From an uncultured delta proteobacterium (GTDB taxonomy: Bacteria > Desulfobacterota > Desulfobacteria > Desulfobacterales > JAHEIW01): a stretch of 64,000 bases of DNA. The position numbers were made by a program, and so were the translations under genes. Positions 52,224 to 61,688 of the stretch are shown piece by piece (position 1 is the first letter of the stretch; every line of letters begins with the position of its first letter). The stretch covers positions 320,001 to 384,000 of the forward strand of contig CAVPNL010000006.1 of assembly GCA_963706575.1 (NCBI GenBank), read 5' to 3'. Under the pieces are notes generated by a model that saw nothing but the letters and a program-made list of their open reading frames with translations, did no database searches and had not been told where the DNA came from.

Positions 52224-52240
52224 GGCAATAACCATGCCAG
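52224..52240 (-). promoter_or_regulatory. Sigma-54 (-24/-12) promoter of the cytochrome c/MBL operon
   Basis: Minus strand CTGGCATGGTTATTGCC = TGGCA-N6-TTGC with GG-N10-GC spacing; a divergent sigma-54 activator lies next door. Confidence 0.8.
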
Positions 52241-52313
52241 CAATCAGGCAAGGCAGTAAGTCGCTAATTTTATAGGAGATACGCACTTTCCCGTAATAAT
52301 TTAGATTGACATA

Positions 52314-52383
52314 TGGAACAAAATGCCCTATGAGGGAACAAAACGAATCCATTCTATAAGAATTAAGGGAACAATTCTCACCC
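52314..52383. promoter_or_regulatory. Three 17-bp candidate activator binding sites (UAS)
   Basis: TGGAACAAAATGCCCTA (52314), GGGAACAAAACGAATCC (52334), GGGAACAATTCTCACCC (52367), 75-145 bp upstream of the -24 box. Confidence 0.6.
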
Positions 52384-52411
52384 TCTTTATGTTTTAAAAA
52401 GGAGTGCGGAA

Positions 52412-53758
52412 ATGGATACCCCCGGCCCCTCCAGGCATACGGATTACCAATCCATCCTGAACAGCATCACCGACGGTGTGCTCACCGTTGATCGTGATAT
52501 GATTATCACTTCTTTTAATCGGGCAGCCGAGAAAATCACTCAGGTGAAGCAGGCAGAGGCGATCGGCCGGCATTGCTTTGAAGTCATGCGGGCGGATGTC
52601 TGCGAGTCCGGCTGCCCGATCCAAAAAACGTTTAAGACCGGAAAGCCATGCCGAAACATACCCGTTTTTATCGTGCGTGCCGACAATAAACGCATTCCTA
52701 TCAGCGTAACGACCGGTATTGTGCGGGATGATAAAGGGAGTTTGATCGGGGGCGTGGAAACATTTCGCGATTTATCAGAGCTGAATAAACTTCGCCGCGA
52801 AATTTATAAAAAGCACTCGTTCGAAGATATTGTCAGCAAAAATCATAAGATGCTGCAGTTATTTGCAATTCTGCCGCAGGTGGCCGAGAGCCACAGCACA
52901 CTCCTGATTGAGGGGGCCAGCGGTACCGGAAAAGAGTTGTTTGCCAGAGCCATTCACAATAACAGCCCGAGGCGCGAGGAACCCTTTATGGCAGTAAATT
53001 GCGGCGCATTGCCGGATACGCTGATCGAATCGGAGCTTTTCGGTTACCAGGCCGGTGCATTCACAGATGCCAAACATAATAAACCGGGTCGCTTTGCTCT
53101 GGTCCAAAATGGAACGATTTTTTTGGACGAAATCGGCGATATTTCAACTGCCATGCAGATGCGTCTGCTGCGAGTTTTGGAAAACCGCACGTTTTCGCCT
53201 CTGGGTGCTACGGCGACGTTGCGGATGAAAGCCCGGGTGATCGTCGCCACCCATCGGAATCTTAAAGAAATGATCGGCGAAGGCCAATTTCGTGAAGATT
53301 TGTATTTCCGGATCAATGTTGTACGTTTGTGGTTACCACCGCTGATCGAACGCAAAGAAGATATTCCGCTGCTGGTGGATCACTTCATCGAGCGCTTTAA
53401 CACCATAACCGGCAAACAAATTGTCGGAATATCTCAGGATGCCCTGGCGGCTTTGACGCTTTATGATTGGCCGGGTAACGTGCGCGAGTTGGAAAATGCC
53501 ATCGAACATGCATTTGTTTTGTGCCTCAACGGTATGATTCGCCTGGAACATCTGCCCGAACAGATCCAACCCCGGAGAGAGCCGCTCTACGTGCCTATCG
53601 AAACATCACTCAAGGCCATCGAAAAGCAAGCCATCATTCGTGCATTGACCAAAAACAACTGGCGCAAAATGGCCACCGCCCGTGAGCTGGAGATTGATAA
53701 AAATACCTTGCGCCGCAAAATCCAGCGCTACGACATCCGGATGCCAACTCACCCTTAG
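52412..53758 (+). CDS. PAS-AAA+-HTH sigma-54 activator, OrpR-like
   Basis: PAS with CFEVMRADVCESGC (CX8CX3C); GASGTGKE, GAFTDA, FLDEIG, WPGNVRELEN, Fis-type HTH. Confidence 0.9.
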   Translation: MDTPGPSRHTDYQSILNSITDGVLTVDRDMIITSFNRAAEKITQVKQAEAIGRHCFEVMRADVCESGCPIQKTFKTGKPCRNIPVFIVRADNKRIPISVTTGIVRDDKGSLIGGVETFRDLSELNKLRREIYKKHSFEDIVSKNHKMLQLFAILPQVAESHSTLLIEGASGTGKELFARAIHNNSPRREEPFMAVNCGALPDTLIESELFGYQAGAFTDAKHNKPGRFALVQNGTIFLDEIGDISTAMQMRLLRVLENRTFSPLGATATLRMKARVIVATHRNLKEMIGEGQFREDLYFRINVVRLWLPPLIERKEDIPLLVDHFIERFNTITGKQIVGISQDALAALTLYDWPGNVRELENAIEHAFVLCLNGMIRLEHLPEQIQPRREPLYVPIETSLKAIEKQAIIRALTKNNWRKMATARELEIDKNTLRRKIQRYDIRMPTHP

Positions 53759-53825
53759 TGTGAAAGCGCGATGCCGGCCACCTAATTTTCTTACTTCTAC
53801 TTTTCTCGAATTGATATAAAGAACT

Positions 53826-55361
53826 TTATTTGATTTGCCTGCCGCGGTCCAGGCTGCGGTACTGGATGGCTTCGGAGATGTGCGCGGTGCTGATGTCGTC
53901 AATTTTTTCCAGGTCGGCAATGGTGCGGGCAATCTTTAAAATACGGTTGTAGGCCCTGGCCGAAAGCCCCAGTTTGTCGATGGCCGATTCCAGCAGGCGG
54001 CAGGAAGCATCATCGACGCTGCAGTGTTTTTTGATGTGGCGGCTGCTCATGCGGGCGTTACAGAAGATTTTAGTGCGGGACAATCGTTGGGCCTGAATTT
54101 TGCGGGCGGCGGCCACCCGGCGGCGGATGGTTTCTGAGGCCTCGGCCGCGTGATCTTGCATCAGGTCCTTATAGGGTACCGCCGGAACCTCCACATGCAT
54201 GTCGATGCGGTCTAAAAGCGGACCGGAAATTTTCGAGCGGTAGCGGTGGATCTGCTGTTGAGTGCAGCGGCATTCGTGTTTGGGGTCTGATAAATAGCCG
54301 CAGGGACAGGGGTTCATGGCGGCCACCAGCATAAAGCTGGCGGGATATGTCAGGCTGGACCTGGCCCGGGAGATGGTCACGTTTAGGTCCTCAATGGGCT
54401 GACGCAACACCTCCAGGACGTGTTTTTTAAACTCCGGCATTTCATCTAAAAACAGGACGCCGTTGTGAGCCAGACTGACCTCGCCGGGTCTGGGAATATG
54501 GCCGCCGCCGATCAAACCGGCATCTGAGATGGTGTGATGGGGCGAACGAAAGGGCCGGGTGGTCACCAGTGCCTGGTTCCTGGGCAACAACCCGACGACG
54601 CTGAATATTTTGGTGGTTTCCAACGCTTCATCAAAGGAAATCGGGGGCAGGATAGTGGGCAGCCGTTTGGCGAGCATGGTTTTTCCGGAGCCGGGGGGGC
54701 CGATCATCAGCAGGTTATGACCGCCGGCGGCTGCGATTTCGAGCGCGCGCTTGGCATGTTCCTGGCCCATGACTTCGGCATAATCAATGGCATAGTGACT
54801 GTCGGTTTCGAATAAATTGGTGATATCGGTCCGCTCGGGCGCGATCTGGCTGAACCCTCTTAAAAATCCGACAATCTCAGAAAGCGTTTTTGCCGGTAAA
54901 ACGGCAATGTCTTGAACCACCGCGGCTTCCTGTCTGTTTTCAAAGGGCACCATTATCGCTGAATAACCGGCTGCTTTTGCCGCCAGGGCCATCGGCAAAG
55001 ACCCTTTAACCGGCTTGATGCGGCCGTCTAACGAAAGTTCACCCAATATCAAATAGCGCGAAAGCTGCTCCTGGGGGATAATGCCGGTAGCGGCCAGAAT
55101 GCCCAGCGCGATCGGAAGGTCAAAACCGGTTCCTTCTTTTTTGATATCGGCCGGCGCCAGATTAACCGTAATCCGGTCGGCCGGAAACCGATAGCCTGAG
55201 TTGTTAATGGCCGATTTAACCCGTTCTTTGCTTTCTTTGACAGCGGCTTCCGGCAGACCAACCGTGGTAAAGGTGGGTAGGCCGGAGGTGATGTCCACTT
55301 CCACTTCAACCGGGTAGGCATCGATTCCCATGACGGCACTGCTGAGGACTTTGGCCAGCAA
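53826..55361 (-). CDS. comM: YifB/ComM family Mg-chelatase-like AAA+ ATPase
   Basis: [68 protein letters not shown] at 55361 follows AAGGAG. Confidence 0.92.
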   Translation of the reverse strand: MLAKVLSSAVMGIDAYPVEVEVDITSGLPTFTTVGLPEAAVKESKERVKSAINNSGYRFPADRITVNLAPADIKKEGTGFDLPIALGILAATGIIPQEQLSRYLILGELSLDGRIKPVKGSLPMALAAKAAGYSAIMVPFENRQEAAVVQDIAVLPAKTLSEIVGFLRGFSQIAPERTDITNLFETDSHYAIDYAEVMGQEHAKRALEIAAAGGHNLLMIGPPGSGKTMLAKRLPTILPPISFDEALETTKIFSVVGLLPRNQALVTTRPFRSPHHTISDAGLIGGGHIPRPGEVSLAHNGVLFLDEMPEFKKHVLEVLRQPIEDLNVTISRARSSLTYPASFMLVAAMNPCPCGYLSDPKHECRCTQQQIHRYRSKISGPLLDRIDMHVEVPAVPYKDLMQDHAAEASETIRRRVAAARKIQAQRLSRTKIFCNARMSSRHIKKHCSVDDASCRLLESAIDKLGLSARAYNRILKIARTIADLEKIDDISTAHISEAIQYRSLDRGRQIK

Positions 55362-55683
55362 GGTCTTCTCCTTGGCTGAGGGTGGCCGGATAAACGGAAG
55401 ATTCGCCGCAGACTGCTGACATCTATAGCAAATTCCTATGTTGCCGACAATCATTTTGTGTCGAAAATTTCCTTCGCCAAGAGATTCCTTCAGGCCCAAA
55501 CCCTGTCGGGCCCGGGGCATGCCTGCCGCTAATCACCAAAATTACTTGCTATTAAAAAAGATTTCAGCTATTTAATAAATCGAAAATGTGTAAACGGAGT
55601 GACCTATAGGTGCCGATTGAAATGTCACGCTGCATTTCCAACGCTCATTTTAGGTGAAATTAAATTAGCGGTCCCTTTATCAC

Positions 55684-56259
55684 ATGATTTCGTTATTAAA
55701 ACGAGCCACATTCTTCGTCATTCTGCTGTTGAGCTTACTTTCCGTTGTGCCCCATGCCGGTTTTGCCCAAAATGCGATTCTGACCAACATCACAGTTTCC
55801 AACACCCGTGATGACCTGCTGCTTTATCTGAATCTTGAGGGTGCCTTCAGGGAAGAGATGAAAAATGCCATTTTAAGCGGTGTGCCTTCAACTTTTTCCT
55901 TTTTTGCTAAATTGAATCGCACACGAAATTTTTGGTTTGATCGGGCGATTGCCGATATCGAGGTAACGCACACAATTATTTACGATAATCTGAAAAAAGA
56001 GTTCACGGTCAAACGTTCCTGGAAAGAGAATAATCCCGAAGTCACTAAGTCATTTAAAGAGGCCAAAAAATGGATGACTGAAATTAATAGCTTAAAACTT
56101 ATTCCATTAAACAGGCTGGAAAAAGGTGAACAATACCAACTCAGAGTTAAGGCTGAAGTTAGCAAAAAGACCCTCCCCTTCTATCTGCATTACATCTTGT
56201 TTTTTGTATCTTTATGGGATTTTGAAACGGATTGGTATGCCATCGATTTTATCTATTAA
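55684..56259 (+). CDS. DUF4390-like exported protein
   Basis: Signal peptide; ILSGVP.TF, ends LWDFETDW; usual position upstream of ntrY. Confidence 0.75.
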   Translation: MISLLKRATFFVILLLSLLSVVPHAGFAQNAILTNITVSNTRDDLLLYLNLEGAFREEMKNAILSGVPSTFSFFAKLNRTRNFWFDRAIADIEVTHTIIYDNLKKEFTVKRSWKENNPEVTKSFKEAKKWMTEINSLKLIPLNRLEKGEQYQLRVKAEVSKKTLPFYLHYILFFVSLWDFETDWYAIDFIY

Positions 56260-56294
56260 TGACAGCCTATTGGTAATCAACCCACCACGGTGCT

Positions 56295-58526
56295 ATGAAA
56301 CGACCCAGATTTAAAAGAAAGTCTTCGCTTTCGATAAAAGAACGCAAACGTCGCAAACGCGAATTTTTTCTCATTTTGATCATTATGTTTGTGGTTGCCC
56401 TTTTGACCTTTATCGAAAGCAGGATCATCCATTTCGGCGCCGATATTGCCGTATCCAACACGGTTTTAATGTTCATCCTGATCAACATCAATTTACTGCT
56501 GCTGGTATTGATGATTTATCTTGTTTTCCGGAATCTGGTAAAACTCATTTATGATCGCAGGCGCAATGTGCTGGGTGCCAAAATTCGGACTAAACTGGTC
56601 ATTGCCTTTGTCTCGTTGACGCTTTTACCCACCATCGTCTTATTTTTTTTCGCGCTAAATTTCATTACCACCAGTATTGAGTTCTGGTTCGATGTGCCGG
56701 TCGAGCAAGCACTTGAAAATTCATTATGGGTCGGCGGGCGCCTATACAGTCGTACAGAGGAAAACAACAAATTCTTCCTTGAAAGAATCTCTTATCAGCT
56801 AAAAGCCAAGAATTTATTGGATCCAAAAAATCCCAAAGCGCTTTCCCATTATATTCGAATTGTGCAAAGAGAATTTAACCTTGACGCTGTTGAGGTGTAT
56901 GCAGCCAACGCTGAGCGTCTGACCTTTGCTCTGGCGCCCAAACTTGAAAACGAATATTTTGGGATTATTTCGGCCGAGGATTTTCAAAAAGACATGCCGG
57001 CAGAAGGGATTCGATCCATTTCGCAGACCATTCCATCCGGTGAGTTTGTCAAAACCATCTCAACGGTTCCGTTTGCGGTGCAACCCGATGAGGCGGCCGG
57101 TTTTGTGGTTGCCACCATGTTGATTCCACCGGATCTTTCAGAAAATCTGCAGTTTATCCGACGCGGATTCGCCGAATACCAGCAAATAAAACTGCTGAAA
57201 AAGCCGATCCAGATAACCTATTATATATCGCTGTCGATTGTGGCGTTGCTGGTTTTATTTTGTGCGGTGTGGTTTGGATTTTATATGGCCAGATCAATCA
57301 GCCTTCCGATTAAGGAGTTGGCTGAAGGAACCCGTCGGGTCGCCGATGGTGAGCTCAACTATATCATTGATCCGGTGGCTGATGATGAATTCGGAAGCCT
57401 GGTAAAATCCTTCAACCAGATGACCCAGGACATTCGTACCAGCCGGGGGCAACTGGAGCTTTCCGCCCGGATGCTGCGCAAGCAGAATATTGAAATTGAA
57501 GAAAAACGACAGTTCATGGAAGTCGTATTAAAAAGTGTTTCCGCCGGTGTCGTAACCCTGGATGCCAAAGGCATCATTTCGACTATGAACAAATCCGCTG
57601 AAAAGATGCTGAATCTTAAATCCGAACAAATCCTGAATAAAAGCTATAAAAATTTACTAAATAGCCCGTTTTTGGAATTGGCCAATGAAATTATGGACAA
57701 CTTGTCTCTTTCGAGCGGAGACACGATTGAATTACCGCTAAAACTCACTATTGAAGGCAGACCCAGAAGCTTTCTTATTTTTGTAAACGCACTGAAGGAC
57801 GATGCCGGGCGACACATGGGAACCCTGATGGTATTTGACGATCTGACCGAATTGGAAAAAGGTCAGCGTATGGCGGCCTGGCGTGAAGTCGCACGGCGAA
57901 TCGCCCATGAGGTTAAAAACCCCTTGACACCGATAGCCCTTTCAGCACAACGACTCAAACGAAAATATGCTCAATTTGTAGATGATACGATATTTGAGGA
58001 GTGTACCGAGACCATCATCAGCCAGGTGGAGTTGATTCGCAATCTGGTGAATGAATTTTCCTCTTTTGCACGTTTTCCCAGCGCGAATCCGGTTCCCTGC
58101 CATCTGATGCCTATTATTGAAGAAACCATCGCGCTTTATCGAGAAGGGCACCCGAGCGTCAATTTTAAGATAAACAACACCAGTGACATTCCCATCCTAA
58201 ATCTTGATCGGCAGCAGATGAAGCAGGCGTTAATTAACCTGATTGACAATGCGATTAGTGCGATTAAAGGCTCTGGCAATATTACGATTGGTGTGGCCTA
58301 TGACCCGATTTTAAAAAAGGTTCGAATGGAAGTTGCCGATGACGGCCAGGGCATTTCAAATGAAGACAAGACTCGATTGTTTCAACCCAATTTTTCCACC
58401 AAAAAGGCGGGAATGGGTCTGGGCCTGACGATAGTAAACACCATCATTGCCGATCACAACGGGATGATTAATGTTCAGGATAACACGCCCCGGGGCGCAA
58501 AATTCGTTATCGAGCTGCCGGTGTAA
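56295..58526 (+). CDS. ntrY: NtrY-like sensor histidine kinase (HAMP-PAS-HisKA-HATPase)
   Basis: SIEFWF, HAMP SFNQMT, AWREVARRIAHEVKNPLTPIALSAQRL, FSTK..G.GLGL. Confidence 0.9.
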   Translation: MKRPRFKRKSSLSIKERKRRKREFFLILIIMFVVALLTFIESRIIHFGADIAVSNTVLMFILININLLLLVLMIYLVFRNLVKLIYDRRRNVLGAKIRTKLVIAFVSLTLLPTIVLFFFALNFITTSIEFWFDVPVEQALENSLWVGGRLYSRTEENNKFFLERISYQLKAKNLLDPKNPKALSHYIRIVQREFNLDAVEVYAANAERLTFALAPKLENEYFGIISAEDFQKDMPAEGIRSISQTIPSGEFVKTISTVPFAVQPDEAAGFVVATMLIPPDLSENLQFIRRGFAEYQQIKLLKKPIQITYYISLSIVALLVLFCAVWFGFYMARSISLPIKELAEGTRRVADGELNYIIDPVADDEFGSLVKSFNQMTQDIRTSRGQLELSARMLRKQNIEIEEKRQFMEVVLKSVSAGVVTLDAKGIISTMNKSAEKMLNLKSEQILNKSYKNLLNSPFLELANEIMDNLSLSSGDTIELPLKLTIEGRPRSFLIFVNALKDDAGRHMGTLMVFDDLTELEKGQRMAAWREVARRIAHEVKNPLTPIALSAQRLKRKYAQFVDDTIFEECTETIISQVELIRNLVNEFSSFARFPSANPVPCHLMPIIEETIALYREGHPSVNFKINNTSDIPILNLDRQQMKQALINLIDNAISAIKGSGNITIGVAYDPILKKVRMEVADDGQGISNEDKTRLFQPNFSTKKAGMGLGLTIVNTIIADHNGMINVQDNTPRGAKFVIELPV

Positions 58527-58528
58527 CC

Positions 58529-58616
58529 GCGCATAGTGCATAGCGCAGAGCGCAAAGCGTAAACGATTCGGGGTTGGGATTTTTAACGCTATGCGCCATG
58601 CTCTATGCGCTTTGCC
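58529..58616. repeat. Inverted tandem-repeat element, GCGCATA (7-bp) unit
   Basis: GCGCATA GTGCATA GCGCAGA GCGCAAA GCGT ... ACGC TATGCGC CATGCTC TATGCGC TTTGC; starts 3 nt after the ntrY stop. Confidence 0.88.
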
Positions 58617-58691
58617 CAGGCTTAAAACCTGCTGCCTGGTGGACCCAACCCATTGAGTTAAATCTTAATAAAAGAGTGGGAGTAAGGACTT

Positions 58692-60050
58692 ATGTTACCA
58701 TCCGTGTTAATCGTTGATGATGAACAGTCGATCGTTCAATCTTTAAGTGGCTTGCTTTCCGATGAAGGTTTTGAGGTTTCAACCGCCGTCAACGGTTATG
58801 AGGCTTTAAAAGTTATTGATTCTGAATCACCGGATGTGGTTTTGCTAGATATCTGGATGCCGGGGATTGATGGGATTGAAACGTTGAAGGAAATCAAAAA
58901 GTACAATCCCCACATCCAGGTCATCATTATTACCGGCCACGGAACGATCGAAACAGCAGTTAAAGCAACCAAACTGGGGGCTTTTGATCTGGTTGAAAAG
59001 CCGCTTTCGATCGACAAGATTATTTTGGCAATCAACAATGCCTTAAATTTCAGACGCCTTGAAGAAGAAAACAAATATCTTCGCACCAAGACTCTGGAGA
59101 AACATTCAATTGACGGAGATTCCGAAAGGACAAAGGAATTAAGAAGGAATATTGAAGTCGCGGCTCCCACGGATACCTGGATACTGATTAGCGGAGAAAA
59201 TGGTACCGGTAAAGAACTGGTGGCCCGCACCATCCATCGGCTCAGCCCCAGAGCCGAACAGCCGCTGATTGATGTCAGTTGCGCGGCGATCAGCGACGAG
59301 TTCATGGAAAGTGAAATGTTCGGCCATGAAAAAGGCGCATTTGCAGGTGCCACTGCAAAAAAAGTTGGGAAATTTGAGCTGGCCAATAACGGCACCATAT
59401 TTCTGGATGAAATCGGGGATATGAGCTTGAGCTCTCAGGCAAAAATATTGCGGGTGTTGCAGGAACAAACAATCCAGCGGGTTGGCGGAAGCCGACCGAT
59501 CAGTTTTAATGCCAGAGTAATCGCTACAACCAATAAACATCTGGAAAAAGAAATAGAAAAGAAAACATTCAGAGAAGACCTTTTTTATCGTCTAAATGTG
59601 ATTCCCATCCAGGTTCCACCGTTAAGAGATCGTATCGAAGATCTACCATTACTGGTCGAGGCTTTTTTAGAAGAGTTTGCTGTTCAAAATCGAAGTAAAC
59701 GCAAATTGATGAGTCCGGCTGCCATAAGCATATTGAGCAATTATGCCTGGCCGGGAAATGTTAGGGAATTACGCAATCTTGTCGAACGGCTGGCTATCAT
59801 TGTCGCGAAAGATGCTATTGACCCTGAGGATATACCGGAGTCCTATCGGCCCGGCGGTTTAAGCAACCGCTCCCGCGCGGTTTCGGCGCCCTTTATGAAA
59901 TTAGATAATTTTAAAGAAGCCCGCAGAGCGTTTGAAAAAGAATTTATAAAAATAAAGCTGATACAAAACGAAAACAATATTACCAAAACCGCCAAGACTA
60001 TGAAAGTGGGGAGGAGTTATCTGCACAAAAAAATCAAGAGCCTTAGTTAG
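58692..60050 (+). CDS. ntrX: NtrX-like response regulator (REC-AAA+-HTH)
   Basis: LLDIWMP, GENGTGKE, GAFAGA, FLDEIGDM, WPGNVREL. Confidence 0.88.
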   Translation: MLPSVLIVDDEQSIVQSLSGLLSDEGFEVSTAVNGYEALKVIDSESPDVVLLDIWMPGIDGIETLKEIKKYNPHIQVIIITGHGTIETAVKATKLGAFDLVEKPLSIDKIILAINNALNFRRLEEENKYLRTKTLEKHSIDGDSERTKELRRNIEVAAPTDTWILISGENGTGKELVARTIHRLSPRAEQPLIDVSCAAISDEFMESEMFGHEKGAFAGATAKKVGKFELANNGTIFLDEIGDMSLSSQAKILRVLQEQTIQRVGGSRPISFNARVIATTNKHLEKEIEKKTFREDLFYRLNVIPIQVPPLRDRIEDLPLLVEAFLEEFAVQNRSKRKLMSPAAISILSNYAWPGNVRELRNLVERLAIIVAKDAIDPEDIPESYRPGGLSNRSRAVSAPFMKLDNFKEARRAFEKEFIKIKLIQNENNITKTAKTMKVGRSYLHKKIKSLS

Positions 60051-60052
60051 TA

Positions 60053-60198
60053 AGGTGTCAGGTGTCGGGTTTCAGGTCTTTGCCGCGTGGTACGGCTGCA
60101 GCCGGGCCGGCGGGTGTCAGTGCTTTGGCCGATGGTTTCATTGTTGAGCATCTGAACTTGCGATGTTTCAGCTTGATCAATGCTGACACCCGAAACCT
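60053..60198. repeat. Inverted tandem-repeat element, AGGTGTC (7-bp) unit
   Basis: AGGTGTC AGGTGTC GGGTTTC AGGT ... CTGACACCCGAAACCT; starts 3 nt after the ntrX stop. Confidence 0.8.
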
Positions 60199-60253
60199 AA
60201 AATAAAACCGCGTTTATAAATTGGGAACTTGCCATTTTAATACCGATTAAATT

Positions 60254-60814
60254 ATGACCATACGGATTATTGGCGGGGAGTTGAAGGGTCGAAAACTGGT
60301 AACCGTGCGCGGCTTAAAAACGCGGCCGACGGCTGATCGGGTACGTGAATCCATTTTTAATATTCTCGGAAATAGCGTTCGGGGTGCACGGGTTCTGGAT
60401 CTGTATGCGGGAACCGGGGCGATGGGTATCGAAGCCTTAAGCCGGGGTGCTGAATCCGCTTTATTTGCAGACGATCATAAAGCCGCATTGACAGCCTTAG
60501 AAAAAAATATAAAAATGTGTTCACTGCAGAGCAGGACCAACACGATCAAATGGAACATATTCAACAATTTAAATGTCATCCGCTCATACAGACCCGCCTT
60601 CAATCTTGTTTTTTTAGATCCTCCCTACAATAAAAATATGATCCAGCCGACCTTGTCAAATCTTGATACGAGTCGATGCCTGGAAAACAATTCCCGGTTG
60701 GCACTCGAACACTCGCCATTGGAGCCGATCCCAGAAACACAGCCCGCATTCAAAATTTCCGACCAGCGGAGGTACGGAAAAACGCTTGTCTCTTTTTTGA
60801 TTTATATGGTATGA
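60254..60814 (+). CDS. rsmD: 16S rRNA m2G966 methyltransferase
   Basis: RIIGG..KGR, TRPT.DRVRESIFN, DLYAGTG, EALSRGA, LDPPY, RRYG; upstream of coaD. Confidence 0.95.
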   Translation: MTIRIIGGELKGRKLVTVRGLKTRPTADRVRESIFNILGNSVRGARVLDLYAGTGAMGIEALSRGAESALFADDHKAALTALEKNIKMCSLQSRTNTIKWNIFNNLNVIRSYRPAFNLVFLDPPYNKNMIQPTLSNLDTSRCLENNSRLALEHSPLEPIPETQPAFKISDQRRYGKTLVSFLIYMV

Positions 60815-60844
60815 ATCCAAAATATCAATAGGTTGCATTATTAT

Positions 60845-60956
60845 ATGAATCCATCTCAAAAATAGGATTTTGGTTCAAGATTGCGGCGGGGCCGAGCTTT
60901 CTAGCGGGGCACCAACAAAAATATTGGGCCAAAAGACATTTTTGAGATGGGTTCAT
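60845..60956. mobile_element. MITE-like element, family B copy 2 (inverted, internally deleted)
   Basis: TIRs ATGAATCCATCTCAAAAA and TTTTTGAGATGGGTTCAT (17/18); matches the reverse complement of 28431-28580 minus about 38 central bp. Confidence 0.8.
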
Positions 60957-61018
60957 CTTATCTGTTTTGAAGGGATCATTTGTCGTTCCAACACCAACCA
61001 GCAAAGGATTGAGCGAAT

Positions 61019-61519
61019 ATGCCAAAAGTCGCTATTTACCCCGGTTCTTTTGACCCGGTTACCAACGGTCATATTGATATTGTTGAAAGAGGGCTAAAAT
61101 TATTTGATAAGCTTATTGTTTCGATCCTGTATAATCCGAAGAAAGAATATCTTTTTCCCCTCGAAGAACGACTGGAAATGCTCAAAGATTGCTTGAAGAA
61201 GTTTAAAGGCGTTGAAATCGACAGCTTTGACGGCCTTTTAGTGGACTATGCCGCCAGCCGCAAAGCCCATGCGATCCTTCGGGGACTACGCGCGATGTCT
61301 GATTTTGAATATGAATTCCAGATGGCGCTAATGAATCGGCGGTTAAATCGCGAGGTCCAGACGGTGTTTCTGATGACCGGATTGCGCTGGATATTCACGA
61401 GTTCTTCGATCATAAAAGAGGCCATTCAATTCGGAGGCAATATCGACGGTATGGTTCCGAAGTTGGTTCTAGAAAAGCTGAAACGGAAATATGCCCTTGC
61501 GCCTGAAACTCAGCGTTAA
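61019..61519 (+). CDS. coaD: Phosphopantetheine adenylyltransferase
   Basis: YPGSFDPVTNGH, RGLRAMSDFEYE, SSS.IKE. Confidence 0.97.
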   Translation: MPKVAIYPGSFDPVTNGHIDIVERGLKLFDKLIVSILYNPKKEYLFPLEERLEMLKDCLKKFKGVEIDSFDGLLVDYAASRKAHAILRGLRAMSDFEYEFQMALMNRRLNREVQTVFLMTGLRWIFTSSSIIKEAIQFGGNIDGMVPKLVLEKLKRKYALAPETQR

Positions 61520-61524
61520 GCAGG

Positions 61525-61679
61525 GCCTCGATTGAGTTTTAACTCAATCGAGGCGTTAATTGTTATTCGTTATTCGAATCTGATAATTGATGATAAATCA
61601 AAACAGTATTTTTTACTCCTATACAAATAACCAATAACAAATAACGAATAACTCGGATTGAGCGCTTAGCGCTCAACCG
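61525..61679. repeat. Composite: 30-bp palindrome + GTTATTC (7-bp) inverted tandem element + second hairpin
   Basis: GCCTCGATTGAGTT-TT-AACTCAATCGAGGC (61525-61554); GTTAATT GTTATTC GTTATTC ... CAAATAA CCAATAA CAAATAA CGAATAAC (61555-61652); TTGAGCGC-TTA-GCGCTCAA. Confidence 0.85.
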
Positions 61680-61688
61680 GACGATCTG

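Noticed and set aside
55362..55520. N-terminal extension of ComM/YifB, or a riboswitch in this region
   Set aside because: The family-typical start (MLAKV) with a strong RBS is at 55361; I recognised no known riboswitch motif by eye.
60825..61097. Short ORFs across the MITE as a possible transposase
   Set aside because: Only 66-75 aa, no DDE or HUH motifs, and they overlap coaD.
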